IMG/VR virus record: IMGVR_UViG_3300044701_003603 | Span: 1-32,408 of that record | Source: a virus | Taxonomy: Duplodnaviria; Caudoviricetes | DNA length: 32,408 nt | Reading direction: 5' to 3' (one strand) | Shown: positions 1 to 8,521 of the stretch, piece after piece | Layout of the letters: each line of letters begins with the position of its first letter | How positions within the stretch are numbered: position 1 is the first letter of the stretch | Program-made: the position numbers and the translations under genes | The notes under the pieces: model-generated | What the model was told of the DNA's origin: nothing | Databases searched by the model: none | What the model saw: the letters and a program-made list of their open reading frames with translations, nothing else

Positions 1-1275
1 AAGACCGTCTTCAGCGCGATCAGCGAGATTGTCGTCGATGGCGGCACACCGGATCTCATCCAGGTCACCCGCCTACTGGAAGCGCGCAAGGAACTCGTCA
101 AAGTCGGCGGTCCCGGCGCCGTCACCGAGATGATCGGCGCCGCGCTCACCCGCAACATCGACTACCAGCTTGGCATCCTGCGCGACTACGCGGCCCGCCG
201 GAAGATTATCACCGCCGCCGACCGGATGAAAGCCGCCGCCATGGACACCACCCAAGATGCCGACGAAGCGCTCGCCACCGCCGGCACTGCGGTTCTCGAC
301 ATCGACCTCGCCGGCAAGTCCGACACCATCCAGCCCGCCAGCGCGATGATGCACGGCGCCCTCGCCGAGTTGCACCGCAGCGTGGCCGAGCGCGGCAAGC
401 CCCGTGGCATCGTCACCGGCTACAAGACCTTCGACCTCTGGACCGGCGGACTGCGCGAAGGTCAGTTCGTTTTGGTCGCCGCTCGTCCTGCCATGGGTAA
501 GAGCGCCTTGCTCGTCAACATCGCTGACCGACTTGTTGCCCGCGGCATTCCGGTGCTGCTGTTCTCCCTTGAAATGCTGAAGCTGGAGCTGATCCAGCGC
601 ATCATTTGCGCGCGGGCATCCTTCGACAGCACCCGCCTCAAACTCGGCGACATTGAGCACGACGAGATGCGCCGCCTTGAGCATGAGCACATGCGTCTCG
701 CCGGCCAGCCGCTCTTCATCGATGACCAGGGCGGTCTTTCCATCATGGATGTCCGCGCGCGTGCGCGCCGCGCCGTCAAAAAGCACGGCGTGAAAGTCGT
801 CCTCGTTGACTACCTGCAGCTTCTCTCCGCGAAGAACGCGCAGTCACGCGAGAATGAGGTCGGCTTCGTCTCCCGCGGCCTCAAGAGCATGGCTATGGAG
901 CTGAAGGTTCCGGTGCTTGCCGCCGCCCAGTTGAACCGAAAGGCCGAAGAGCGCGGCGACAACCGCCCCAAGATGGCCGATCTCCGCGACTCTGGCCAGA
1001 TCGAGGCGGACGCCGACATCGTCACGCTGCTCTACCGCAAGAGCTACTACGAAACGGAAAGCAACCCGCAGGACAGCCACGAAGCCGAGTGGACCGTAGC
1101 CAAGCACCGCGCCGGCCGCACCGGAGTCATCCCGCTTATGTGGCATCCGCCGTATACCCGATTCGACACCGTCAGCGACCGATTCACAGACGAGCCGGAC
1201 GTGCCGTGGGGACAGGAAAAGGCCGGCGACCTATTCCCCGTCTCGCCGAAACTCATGGAGGCCATCAATGAATAG
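1..1275 (+). CDS. dnaB: Replicative DNA helicase, DnaB family (5'-truncated by window edge)
   Basis: Frame +1 is open from base 1 (KTVFSAISEIVVDGGTPDLIQV..., DnaB N-domain-like). Walker A AARPAMGKS, FSLEM, DYLQL, AQLNR, DLRDSGQIEADAD and KHRAG motifs are all present. Confidence 0.95.
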   Translation, partial: KTVFSAISEIVVDGGTPDLIQVTRLLEARKELVKVGGPGAVTEMIGAALTRNIDYQLGILRDYAARRKIITAADRMKAAAMDTTQDADEALATAGTAVLDIDLAGKSDTIQPASAMMHGALAELHRSVAERGKPRGIVTGYKTFDLWTGGLREGQFVLVAARPAMGKSALLVNIADRLVARGIPVLLFSLEMLKLELIQRIICARASFDSTRLKLGDIEHDEMRRLEHEHMRLAGQPLFIDDQGGLSIMDVRARARRAVKKHGVKVVLVDYLQLLSAKNAQSRENEVGFVSRGLKSMAMELKVPVLAAAQLNRKAEERGDNRPKMADLRDSGQIEADADIVTLLYRKSYYETESNPQDSHEAEWTVAKHRAGRTGVIPLMWHPPYTRFDTVSDRFTDEPDVPWGQEKAGDLFPVSPKLMEAINE

Positions 1276-1618
1276 CCGTGCAAAAGGCGCCCGCGGAGAG
1301 CGCATGTGGCGCGACGAGCTGCGCGAAGCCTTCGGCGACTCCGGTATCCGCCGCGGCCAGCAGTTCAGCGGCCTTGGCGACTCGCCCGATGTTGTCTGCC
1401 CGTGCCTCCCCGACTTCCACTTTGAGGTGAAGTTCTGCCAGGTCGTGAAAATCCGCGAATGGATGGCCCAAGCCATCCGCGACGCCAAGGCCAAGCTCTT
1501 CCCGGTCGTTGCCCACAAGCGCAACGGCGAGGAGTGGTTTATCACGCTGCGCGCGCAGGATTTCCTCACCATCCTTCGCCGCTCCGATTTTTTAGTAGTA
1601 ACACAAAAACCCAAATAA
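1268..1618 (+). CDS. Holliday junction resolvase-like PD-(D/E)XK nuclease
   Basis: N-terminal MNSRAKGARGER, then PD...EVK catalytic motif, WxxQA and PVVAHKRN. Overlaps the helicase stop. Confidence 0.85.
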   Translation: MNSRAKGARGERMWRDELREAFGDSGIRRGQQFSGLGDSPDVVCPCLPDFHFEVKFCQVVKIREWMAQAIRDAKAKLFPVVAHKRNGEEWFITLRAQDFLTILRRSDFLVVTQKPK

Positions 1619-1622
1619 CCAC

Positions 1623-2195
1623 ATGAAAATAAAGCAACCGAAATACAAGACCGTCACGCTCGCTACTCCGTTTGGCAAAGCTGGATGGGTCTACGTCAAC
1701 GCTCCCAAGATGTTTGAGGGCGACAAGAGGGCGGCGTATCGCGCCGAGCTGTACGTCACCAACAACGACGCCGAAGGTGTCATCGCGGCAATCGAAAAAT
1801 CGTACGCATCCGAATACAAGGCATGGTGCGAGGAGGTCGGCAAGAAAGCGCAGAAGGCCGCCTTCCCGTGGCTCGAGAACGACGGCGTCACCAAGTTCAA
1901 CTTCAAGGTCGCCGACGCTTGGCCAGATGGCACCAGTCGCCAGCCCGAGCTGACGGACATGGACAAAAAGCCGATCACCGCCAACATCGGAAAAGACAGC
2001 ATCATCCGCATCATGTTCCGCCCGCATTACTACAATGCGTCGGCTGGCTTCGGCGTTCAGCTTCAGCCGATCAAGGTGCAAGTCAAAGACCTCGTCACAT
2101 TTGGCGGCGGATCTTCCGCAGACATCGACTTTGAAGATGTCTCCGATTCCGAAACGCTGAAAACCGGAACCGACAACAAAGAAGTCACTTGGTAA
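1623..2195 (+). CDS. Single-stranded DNA-binding protein, T7 gp2.5-like
   Basis: TPFGKAGWVYVNAP start, NIGKDSIIR and GVQLQPIKVQVKDLV strands, and an acidic tail ending in an aromatic residue (W). Lies in the replication module. Confidence 0.8.
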   Translation: MKIKQPKYKTVTLATPFGKAGWVYVNAPKMFEGDKRAAYRAELYVTNNDAEGVIAAIEKSYASEYKAWCEEVGKKAQKAAFPWLENDGVTKFNFKVADAWPDGTSRQPELTDMDKKPITANIGKDSIIRIMFRPHYYNASAGFGVQLQPIKVQVKDLVTFGGGSSADIDFEDVSDSETLKTGTDNKEVTW

Positions 2196-2200
2196 CCCTC

Positions 2201-2977
2201 ATGCCAGCCAAAAACACCACAGTCAAAAGGGGGGCGGCAAAACGCCGCTCCCCTTCGGCCAAGGCCGCCAAGCCCGCCGAGCCGGATCGCTTCACCGAGG
2301 ACGGACGCAAAATCGTCCGCCTTGAGAAAACCCGCGCCCACCAAAAGTATCCGCTGAAAGACGGCACCGACGTTCCCGGCGCCTCAACCATCGCCAAGAT
2401 CGGCGAGGACAGCAGCGGCCTCATTCATTGGGCATGGAAGCTCGGCATGGACGGTCAGGATTACCGCAAGGTGCGCGACAAGGCCGCCGACATCGGCACC
2501 GTGGCGCATTTTATGATCGAGTGCTTCCTGCACAACCACGAACCCGACCTCTCAGAGTTCTCCCCGGCAGACGTTGAGAAGGCCACCATCGCCTACAACA
2601 ACTTCCGCCGCTGGTGGGACAGCGAGGGCTTCACCGTCATTGAGCCAGAAGTTCAGCTCGTCTCCGAAGAGTTCCTCTTCGGCGGCACTATCGACGCCCC
2701 CGCGCGCGACCGCGACGGCAAGATTGTCTTGTTGGATTGGAAGACCAGCAAAGCCATCGTCCCAGCGCACAAGATCCAGTTGGCCGGCTACGAGCAACTC
2801 TGGAACGAGAACCGCCCGGACATGAAAGTCCAACGCCGCGGCATCGTCCGCATCGGCAAAGAGTCACCGGATGACTTTGAGGTGTCCTGGATCTTCTCCG
2901 CGGAGCCGCTGTGGGAAAACTTCAAGGCTCGCCTCGCGCTCCACTACGCGAACCTGCGCCTCAAAAAAGCCGCCTAA
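2201..2977 (+). CDS. PD-(D/E)XK (Cas4/RecB-like) exonuclease
   Basis: GTVAH, E, GTID, LDWKTS and QLAGY motifs. ATG 2201 is preferred over the TTG at 2189, which overlaps the SSB. Confidence 0.85.
   Translation: MPAKNTTVKRGAAKRRSPSAKAAKPAEPDRFTEDGRKIVRLEKTRAHQKYPLKDGTDVPGASTIAKIGEDSSGLIHWAWKLGMDGQDYRKVRDKAADIGTVAHFMIECFLHNHEPDLSEFSPADVEKATIAYNNFRRWWDSEGFTVIEPEVQLVSEEFLFGGTIDAPARDRDGKIVLLDWKTSKAIVPAHKIQLAGYEQLWNENRPDMKVQRRGIVRIGKESPDDFEVSWIFSAEPLWENFKARLALHYANLRLKKAA
2227..2255. terminator. GC-rich hairpin just after the SSB gene (attenuator, or - strand terminator)
   Basis: 12-bp stem AAGGGGGGCGGC/GCCGCTCCCCTT with an AAAAC loop. On the - strand it ends in a T4 run. Confidence 0.45.
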
Positions 2978-3328
2978 ATGAAACGCACCCGCCGGTTCGT
3001 CGTCCGAGAGCAGACCTTTGGTCTGGTCGTGGAGTTCTATTGCGGAACCCCGCAATTATCGGCGATCCGGCGGTGTGCGAACATCCTCCAGCTCGACCCC
3101 AAAGACCCCGACAACCAGCCCGACGACTCAGACGCCGCCTGGGCGATGTGCTTGGGCAGCCAAGCGGTCGTTTGGATCGAAGACGCCGCGGACACCGGCT
3201 CGCTCGTCCATGAGTTGTATCACGTTGTGCAGGATTTTCTAAAGCACATCACCAGCAGCGACGAGGAGACCGGCGCTTACTTGATCCAATACCTTTTCCG
3301 AGAAGCCATCAAAAAGAACAAGCCATGA
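2978..3328 (+). CDS. Small HExxH zincin-like (metallopeptidase-fold) protein
   Basis: LVHELYH followed by DEETGAY (candidate third ligand E). Abuts the upstream stop (TAAATG). Confidence 0.65.
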   Translation: MKRTRRFVVREQTFGLVVEFYCGTPQLSAIRRCANILQLDPKDPDNQPDDSDAAWAMCLGSQAVVWIEDAADTGSLVHELYHVVQDFLKHITSSDEETGAYLIQYLFREAIKKNKP

Positions 3329-3480
3329 AAAAAACCGCAGGACTGTACGCAAACATTCACGCTAAAAAAGCCCGCATCGCCGCCGGAAGCGGTGAACGCA
3401 TGCGCAAGCCCGGTTCCGCCGGCGCGCCCACCGCCAAAGCCTTCCGCGCCTCAGCGAAGACCGCCAAAGCCCGCCGATGA
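3325..3480 (+). CDS. Small basic phage protein, 51 aa (not in ORF track)
   Basis: MKKTAGLYANIHAKKARIAAGSGERMRKPGSAGAPTAKAFRASAKTAKARR, with ATGA overlaps at both ends. I recall this motif from uncultured aquatic phage proteins (not searched). Confidence 0.75.
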   Translation: MKKTAGLYANIHAKKARIAAGSGERMRKPGSAGAPTAKAFRASAKTAKARR

Positions 3481-3632
3481 CCTCCGGCGCCCTCATCGCC
3501 TTGGTCGGCTTCATCTACTTCGCCGTTGCCATCGACCTCGGCCTCATCCAGCACCGCTACTGGCACGGCTTGATCTGGCTCGGCTACAGCATCGCGCAAA
3601 TCGGCCTCTGGCGCGTCACGATTTATGAGTAA
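3477..3632 (+). CDS. Small two-TM membrane protein, 51 aa (not in ORF track)
   Basis: MTSGALIALVGFIYFAVAIDLGLIQHRYWHGLIWLGYSIAQIGLWRVTIYE. Two hydrophobic segments; ATGA coupling to the upstream ORF. Confidence 0.7.
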   Translation: MTSGALIALVGFIYFAVAIDLGLIQHRYWHGLIWLGYSIAQIGLWRVTIYE

Positions 3633-3780
3633 ATACGATATTATGACACCGGAAATTGCCGAGATCGACAAGACCATCACGCTGCTAAAAACGCAGCGCA
3701 GCAAACTTGTCGCCGCCGCGGCAAAGAAGAAGGCAGACGCTTTGTGCGCCGAGATGCGCAAGCGCAAGCAAGCAAAATGA
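3625..3780 (+). CDS. Small basic coiled-coil protein, 51 aa (not in ORF track)
   Basis: MSKYDIMTPEIAEIDKTITLLKTQRSKLVAAAAKKKADALCAEMRKRKQAK. Overlaps the upstream stop; GC3-rich codon use like neighbouring genes. Confidence 0.65.
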   Translation: MSKYDIMTPEIAEIDKTITLLKTQRSKLVAAAAKKKADALCAEMRKRKQAK

Positions 3781-3898
3781 CTTTATCTGACGGCTCAAGC
3801 GGGTTCTCGTCGCGGTTCATGTGGTGTGGCCGCGCGGACATTCCGGGGATGCCCAGCCTCACCGCGCGAGACGAGTGGGGCGCCGTCACTATTTTCCA

Positions 3899-4108
3899 AT
3901 GATCTCTTGGCCACCCCAAAACTTCCGCGTCGAGGTAGACGGCATCGGCACCTGCCGCGTCCTCTACGTTGTCGCGCAGGGCGGCCTTGAAAACGACTAC
4001 GTCACTGTGTGCCGCGAAGACAGCGGCCGGTGGCTGACCGCGCGCATCGACCAGCTCGCTGCCGCGGAGAATCCGACTTTGGACATTTTGGGCGCCGCGC
4101 CGGTTTAA
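3899..4108 (+). CDS. Hypothetical protein, 69 aa
   Basis: MISWPPQNFRVEVDGIGTCRVLYVVAQGGLENDYVTV...ENPTL. ATG 3899 is preferred over the GTG at 3821. Confidence 0.6.
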   Translation: MISWPPQNFRVEVDGIGTCRVLYVVAQGGLENDYVTVCREDSGRWLTARIDQLAAAENPTLDILGAAPV

Positions 4109-4167
4109 CCAACGGCTTGGGGAAGCTGGCGCTGCGCAAACGCACCGGCCGGCGCCCGATCTACTTC

Positions 4168-5790
4168 GTGAACGAGCACCAGACACGCTTCAAGCCCACG
4201 CCGCACCCGGTCATGCAGCTAGATTACGATCTGCTGGACAAGCTGGGAGCTGAAAACGGCTGGCTATATCTCAAAACGCGCGAAGAGATGATCGCCCGCG
4301 AGGCATCAGACCCGTTTCGCTATGGCTACATCCCGCCGGTCTGGAAGCGCGCGTCCGAATTGCTGGAAAAACACCGCGAAATCCTCGTCATGGGCGGAAA
4401 CCGCAGCGGAAAGACCGAGTGGGCGGCCAAGGAGGTCATCAAGACCATGTATTCCAAGCCCGGAGCGGTCGTCTGGTGCTTTCAAACTACGGCGCCGAAC
4501 TCCATCGAGCTGCAACAGCCCCGCATTTGGAAATATATGCCTCCCGAGTGGAGGAATGCGCGCAAGGGTCAGGTCACCAACATCACCTACAGCGTCAAAG
4601 GCGGCTTCACCGAGGGAAAATTTGTCGCGCCGAACCAAAGCATCTGCGTGTTTCGTAATTACGCGCAAGATCCGAGCACAATTGAAGGTGGAGAGGTCGA
4701 TTTCTGCCACGCAGACGAATTGGTGCCTCTTGATGTTTTAGAGACGTTGCGATTTCGCCTCGTAGACAGAAACGGCAAGTTGGCCGTCACCTTCACCCCA
4801 GTGCAAGGCTGGTCGCCGACCGTTGCCGACTACTTGAGCGGTGCCAAGACCGTCACCGATACGGACGCCGAGCTGCTGCCGTTCAAGAACGACCGCGGCG
4901 AAGTCGCCGGCTACGAGAAGGTGCCCATTGAGCAGATCAATCCCAAGGGCCGCCCGATCCTTTACTTCCACACGCAGTCAAATCCCTGGGCAGGCTGGAC
5001 GCGCATGCGGCAGGAGCTAAAGAACGAGACTAAGGAAAAGATTTTGTGCCGCGCCTACGGCGTCCCAACCAAAGCCATCAGCGGCCGGTTCCCGCTGTTC
5101 AATCCAAAGGTCCACGTCATCCGCCACAGCGATGTCCCGCAGGGCACGCGGTATCACTGGGTCGATCCGGCGTCCGGCAAGAACTGGGCGATGATCTGGA
5201 CCGTTCACGACACCGCTGGCCGCATCATCGTCTACCGCGAATGGCCCGACCAAACGTCATACATCGAAGGCGTGGGCTACGCTGGCGAATGGGCACTGCC
5301 CGATGGCAAAAAGCTCGACGGCAAGCCCGGACCCGCGCAGCAGGACTTCGGCTTCGGCCTTGAGCGCTACCGCGACGAAATCCTGCGCGTCGAAGGCGGC
5401 GAGGAAATCTTTGAAAGGTGGATGGACAGCCGCTACGGCCACGCGCGCACGCTCGGCAAGGAGTCGCCGACCACCTTGATCGACGAGATGGCCGACTTGG
5501 ACATGAACTTCACGGCAACCCCGGGCGACAGCATCGATGAGGGTGTGTCGATGATCAACGATGCCCTGTCATACAACCCCGAGAAGCCGGTGGACGCGCG
5601 CAACCAGCCGAAGCTCTACATCTCGGAGAACTGCAAAAACGTCATCTATGCGCTGCAGACTTACACTGCGGCGGACGGCAAAAAAGGCGCGACCAAGGAC
5701 TTCATCGACCTCCTGAGATACGTTTGCCTTTCGGACGCCATCAATGTCGAGGGCGACATCCTGCGCTGCACCGAGGGAGGAAGCTACTGA
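4168..5790 (+). CDS. terL: Terminase large subunit
   Basis: Walker A MGGNRSGKT, Walker B FCHADE, TFTP coupling motif, RNase H-like WVDPAS...MDSRYG...KDFIDLLRY. GTG 4168 is the likely start; the in-frame extension to 4009 overlaps the upstream gene. Confidence 0.92.
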   Translation: MNEHQTRFKPTPHPVMQLDYDLLDKLGAENGWLYLKTREEMIAREASDPFRYGYIPPVWKRASELLEKHREILVMGGNRSGKTEWAAKEVIKTMYSKPGAVVWCFQTTAPNSIELQQPRIWKYMPPEWRNARKGQVTNITYSVKGGFTEGKFVAPNQSICVFRNYAQDPSTIEGGEVDFCHADELVPLDVLETLRFRLVDRNGKLAVTFTPVQGWSPTVADYLSGAKTVTDTDAELLPFKNDRGEVAGYEKVPIEQINPKGRPILYFHTQSNPWAGWTRMRQELKNETKEKILCRAYGVPTKAISGRFPLFNPKVHVIRHSDVPQGTRYHWVDPASGKNWAMIWTVHDTAGRIIVYREWPDQTSYIEGVGYAGEWALPDGKKLDGKPGPAQQDFGFGLERYRDEILRVEGGEEIFERWMDSRYGHARTLGKESPTTLIDEMADLDMNFTATPGDSIDEGVSMINDALSYNPEKPVDARNQPKLYISENCKNVIYALQTYTAADGKKGATKDFIDLLRYVCLSDAINVEGDILRCTEGGSY

Positions 5791-5996
5791 TGGCTCCATC
5801 CGGCATTGTCCCGCCGCCTCCGCGCGTTCGCCCTTGGCGTGGCCGCAGCAAAGAGCCGCCGCGCTGTGGCGTCTGTGCCAAGCAGCTTGGTATTGAGGAC
5901 ATCCATGGCGTGGACGAGATGCTCGGGCCGGTCTGCCATGAGTGCGGCCCGCACGTCATTTCCGCCAACAAAGTCATGTATCCGTTCTGGGTCTAA
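5790..5996 (+). CDS. Small zinc-finger-like protein, 68 aa
   Basis: CGVC...CHEC pair. TGATG coupling to the terL stop, preceded by GGAGG. Confidence 0.6.
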   Translation: MAPSGIVPPPPRVRPWRGRSKEPPRCGVCAKQLGIEDIHGVDEMLGPVCHECGPHVISANKVMYPFWV

Positions 5997-6000
5997 TCTT

Positions 6001-6285
6001 ATGTTCACAAAAACCAAAGCCATCCCGGCCGATCTCTACCGGCCCAACGACAACTACGAACCCAAGGGTGCCCTCGCCTTCAGCCGCGAGCAGGCGCCGC
6101 CGGCCTTCATCGCCGTGATGACCGAAATCCAAGACCGCATCGCCGACACCTCCCTACTCGTCTCAACAATGGCGACCGCCAAAGAACCCGGTTGGCTCGC
6201 CCACGCCAGCGGACAACTCAACGCCCTCCTCGAGCTGTGGGACGCATTGGAGCAACGCCGCGTAGAGTCATCGAAGCTGGAATAA
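6001..6285 (+). CDS. Hypothetical helical protein preceding the scaffold (head module)
   Basis: ATG 6001, 94 aa, ending AHASGQLNALLEL. Typical small pre-scaffold gene position. Confidence 0.65.
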   Translation: MFTKTKAIPADLYRPNDNYEPKGALAFSREQAPPAFIAVMTEIQDRIADTSLLVSTMATAKEPGWLAHASGQLNALLELWDALEQRRVESSKLE

Positions 6286-6293
6286 AATAGTGC

Positions 6294-6330
6294 TGGACTT
6301 TTGTACAGCAGCCGCTATACTTATTAGTAT
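6294..6330 (+). promoter_or_regulatory. Putative sigma70-type promoter for head genes
   Basis: AT-rich intergenic island. TGGACT(6294)-16 nt-TATACT(6316), or alternatively TTGTAC(6301)-18 nt-TAGTAT(6325). Confidence 0.45.
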
Positions 6331-6413
6331 CAAAGTGGAGTCGTGCCCTCATGGCACATCGGTTTGATCGGACTGAGCGCCGCCCGCTCTGGCACTACTT
6401 GGAGGTTTGATCC

Positions 6414-7439
6414 ATGGACGAAGGGAAAGCAGCTCCGGCTGCAGGTAAGGACGATATACTCTCGCTGGCTCTTGAAGAGCTGACCGGGCAACCGGCGAAA
6501 AGCGAGGAAGCGAAACTGGATGATGAATCCGGTGATCTTTCACAAGACGAGACGAACGAGGAATCCGCGGAGCAATCCGAGGAGACCTCCGAAGATAACG
6601 AGGAAGCGACGAGCGAAAGCTCCGAGGACGAAGACGAGGCCGGCGAAGAGGACGAAAAGCCAATCAGCCAAGACAAGATCCAAAAAAGGATTGATAAACT
6701 GACCGCGCAAAAGCGCGCAGCCGCTGAAGAAGCCGCCGCCGTTAAGTCACAATACGAAGAGGCGCAGAAACGCCTGCAAGAGCTGGAAGCCCAGGTCAAC
6801 GAAGCTGCGCGCCCCGTGCTGCAACCGACCGCGGAGAACCCGCTGGCCGATGTAGACACCTCCGAAGCGCTGGACGCCAAAATCAAGTCCGCGCAGGAAG
6901 TCCGCCGCTGGGCCTTAAAAAACAGCGACGGCGCCACGGTCAAACGACCGGACGGCAGCGAGGTCTACGTTGATAGCGACCAAGTCAAAGACTACCTCCT
7001 CAAAGCCGACGATGTTCTAACCATCCACGCCCCGGCACGCCAGCAATGGCTCGCCCAGCGTCAACCGGCCGTCGAGGCAGCGAAGAACCTCTTCCCCGAT
7101 ATCTTCAAAAAAGGCACGCCGATGCACACGGCGTTCCAAGCCACAGTCAAGCAGGCGCCGGAGCTTCTGAAGCTCCCGCAAGCCGAATACTGGGTCGGTC
7201 TGGCCCTCTACGGAGAGCAGACCCTCATGGCCAAACAAGCCGCCGACCAAGCCAAGAGCAAGGCCGCCGGCAAAGTCTCGTCCGCGAAAGCAACAAGTAA
7301 AACGCCCACACCTGTAAAGCCGATCAGCGCGCCGAAAACTTCGACCAAAGGCGCGTCCAAAGTGACGCGCGACAGAATGCTCGCCTCGGGTCGTCTTGAT
7401 GACGTTGCCGATTTTATGAGCGAAGCGCTGTTCGGATAA
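6414..7439 (+). CDS. Capsid scaffolding protein
   Basis: Very acidic disordered N-terminus, coiled coil IQKRIDKLTAQKR, K/P/A-rich linker and short C-terminal helix. Directly upstream of the MCP; GGAGG RBS at 6401. Confidence 0.8.
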   Translation: MDEGKAAPAAGKDDILSLALEELTGQPAKSEEAKLDDESGDLSQDETNEESAEQSEETSEDNEEATSESSEDEDEAGEEDEKPISQDKIQKRIDKLTAQKRAAAEEAAAVKSQYEEAQKRLQELEAQVNEAARPVLQPTAENPLADVDTSEALDAKIKSAQEVRRWALKNSDGATVKRPDGSEVYVDSDQVKDYLLKADDVLTIHAPARQQWLAQRQPAVEAAKNLFPDIFKKGTPMHTAFQATVKQAPELLKLPQAEYWVGLALYGEQTLMAKQAADQAKSKAAGKVSSAKATSKTPTPVKPISAPKTSTKGASKVTRDRMLASGRLDDVADFMSEALFG

Positions 7440-7470
7440 ACCCAACAAAACTTAGAAAACTCTAAATATC

Positions 7471-8490
7471 ATGTCAGCTCCCGCAGGAACTCTCTTCCCA
7501 GCAGTTGGCAACCGCGAGGATCTCCTCGACGTGTTGACCGTTGTTGATGCGAAGAACACCCCCATCTCCAGCTCGGTCGCCAAAACTGGCGCCGACATCA
7601 CCAATCCCTCCGTCTACTCCTACCTCGCCGATTCCTACAACTCGCCCTCCACGGACGGCGTTGTCGATTCCGCCGACGTGTCCGAGTTCTCGGATGCCAC
7701 CGCCAACCGTGTCCTCCTGAGCGCCCGCGCCCAGAAGATGCGCCGCACCGTCCGCGTCAGCGACTTTCAGGCGAACCTCGCCGATGTCGCCGCAATCGGC
7801 CGCAAAAAAGAATTTGCGCGTTCGACGGCAAAGGCCTTGACGGAACTAAAAAGGGATATCGAGGCAACCATCAGCTCCGACAACGAATCCGTTGAAGGTT
7901 CCGGCAGCGTGGCCTACAAAACCCGCGGCCTCGGCTCCTGGATTTCTTCCAGCGCGCAGACCGACCTCCCGGTGCCCGCTTCCCAGCGCACACCGTCCGC
8001 GTCGATCACCAACACCGCGACCACCGCGCTCACCGAGAGCAACCTGCAGAACGTCTTGCAGAGCATCTACGAGCAGACTGGTTCGCAGGACCGCCTGATC
8101 TTGGTTGCTGGCCCGAGTCTCAAGAAGGCCATCACCAACTTCACGCGCTTCACGGTGAACAGCACCTCGAACGTGTTCAACCTCCGTCAGACCGCGCAAG
8201 CCGCTGGCTCCGACAAACTGGTGTCGAACATCTCCTTCTACGAAGGCGACTTCAGCACCGTTGAGATCGTCACGTCCTTGTTCCTGGCCGCTAACGCCAG
8301 CACCGACGCCGAGAAATACGCCCGCGGCTACGTCATGTCGCCCGACCACCTCATGCTCCGCTACGGACGCCGCCCGCGCTTCCAAGAGCTGGAAGACCAA
8401 GGTGGTGGACCTCGCGGTTTGGTGGACGCCATCGTCTCCCTCGCCGTCATGTCGCCCAAGGCCATGGCGAAGTTCAACGCAACAGCTTAA
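7471..8490 (+). CDS. Major capsid protein (DUF5309/SU10-type HK97 fold)
   Basis: GNREDLLDVL...NTPI, ELKRDIEATI, TRGLGSWI and YEGDF motifs. Strongly biased codon use. Confidence 0.88.
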   Translation: MSAPAGTLFPAVGNREDLLDVLTVVDAKNTPISSSVAKTGADITNPSVYSYLADSYNSPSTDGVVDSADVSEFSDATANRVLLSARAQKMRRTVRVSDFQANLADVAAIGRKKEFARSTAKALTELKRDIEATISSDNESVEGSGSVAYKTRGLGSWISSSAQTDLPVPASQRTPSASITNTATTALTESNLQNVLQSIYEQTGSQDRLILVAGPSLKKAITNFTRFTVNSTSNVFNLRQTAQAAGSDKLVSNISFYEGDFSTVEIVTSLFLAANASTDAEKYARGYVMSPDHLMLRYGRRPRFQELEDQGGGPRGLVDAIVSLAVMSPKAMAKFNATA

Positions 8491-8521
8491 TCAACCCAGA
8501 ACTACTAATTAGGAGAAAATT

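Noticed and set aside
2201-2977. Cas4 / CRISPR adaptation gene
   Set aside because: No Fe-S cysteine cluster and no cas1/cas2 or array; ordinary phage exonuclease context next to the SSB.
3777-3902. 41-codon ORF MTLSDGSSGFSSRFMW..., ATGA-coupled at both ends
   Set aside because: Atypical codon use and overlap with a strongly self-complementary segment. Not called as a CDS, though the double coupling means it cannot be excluded.
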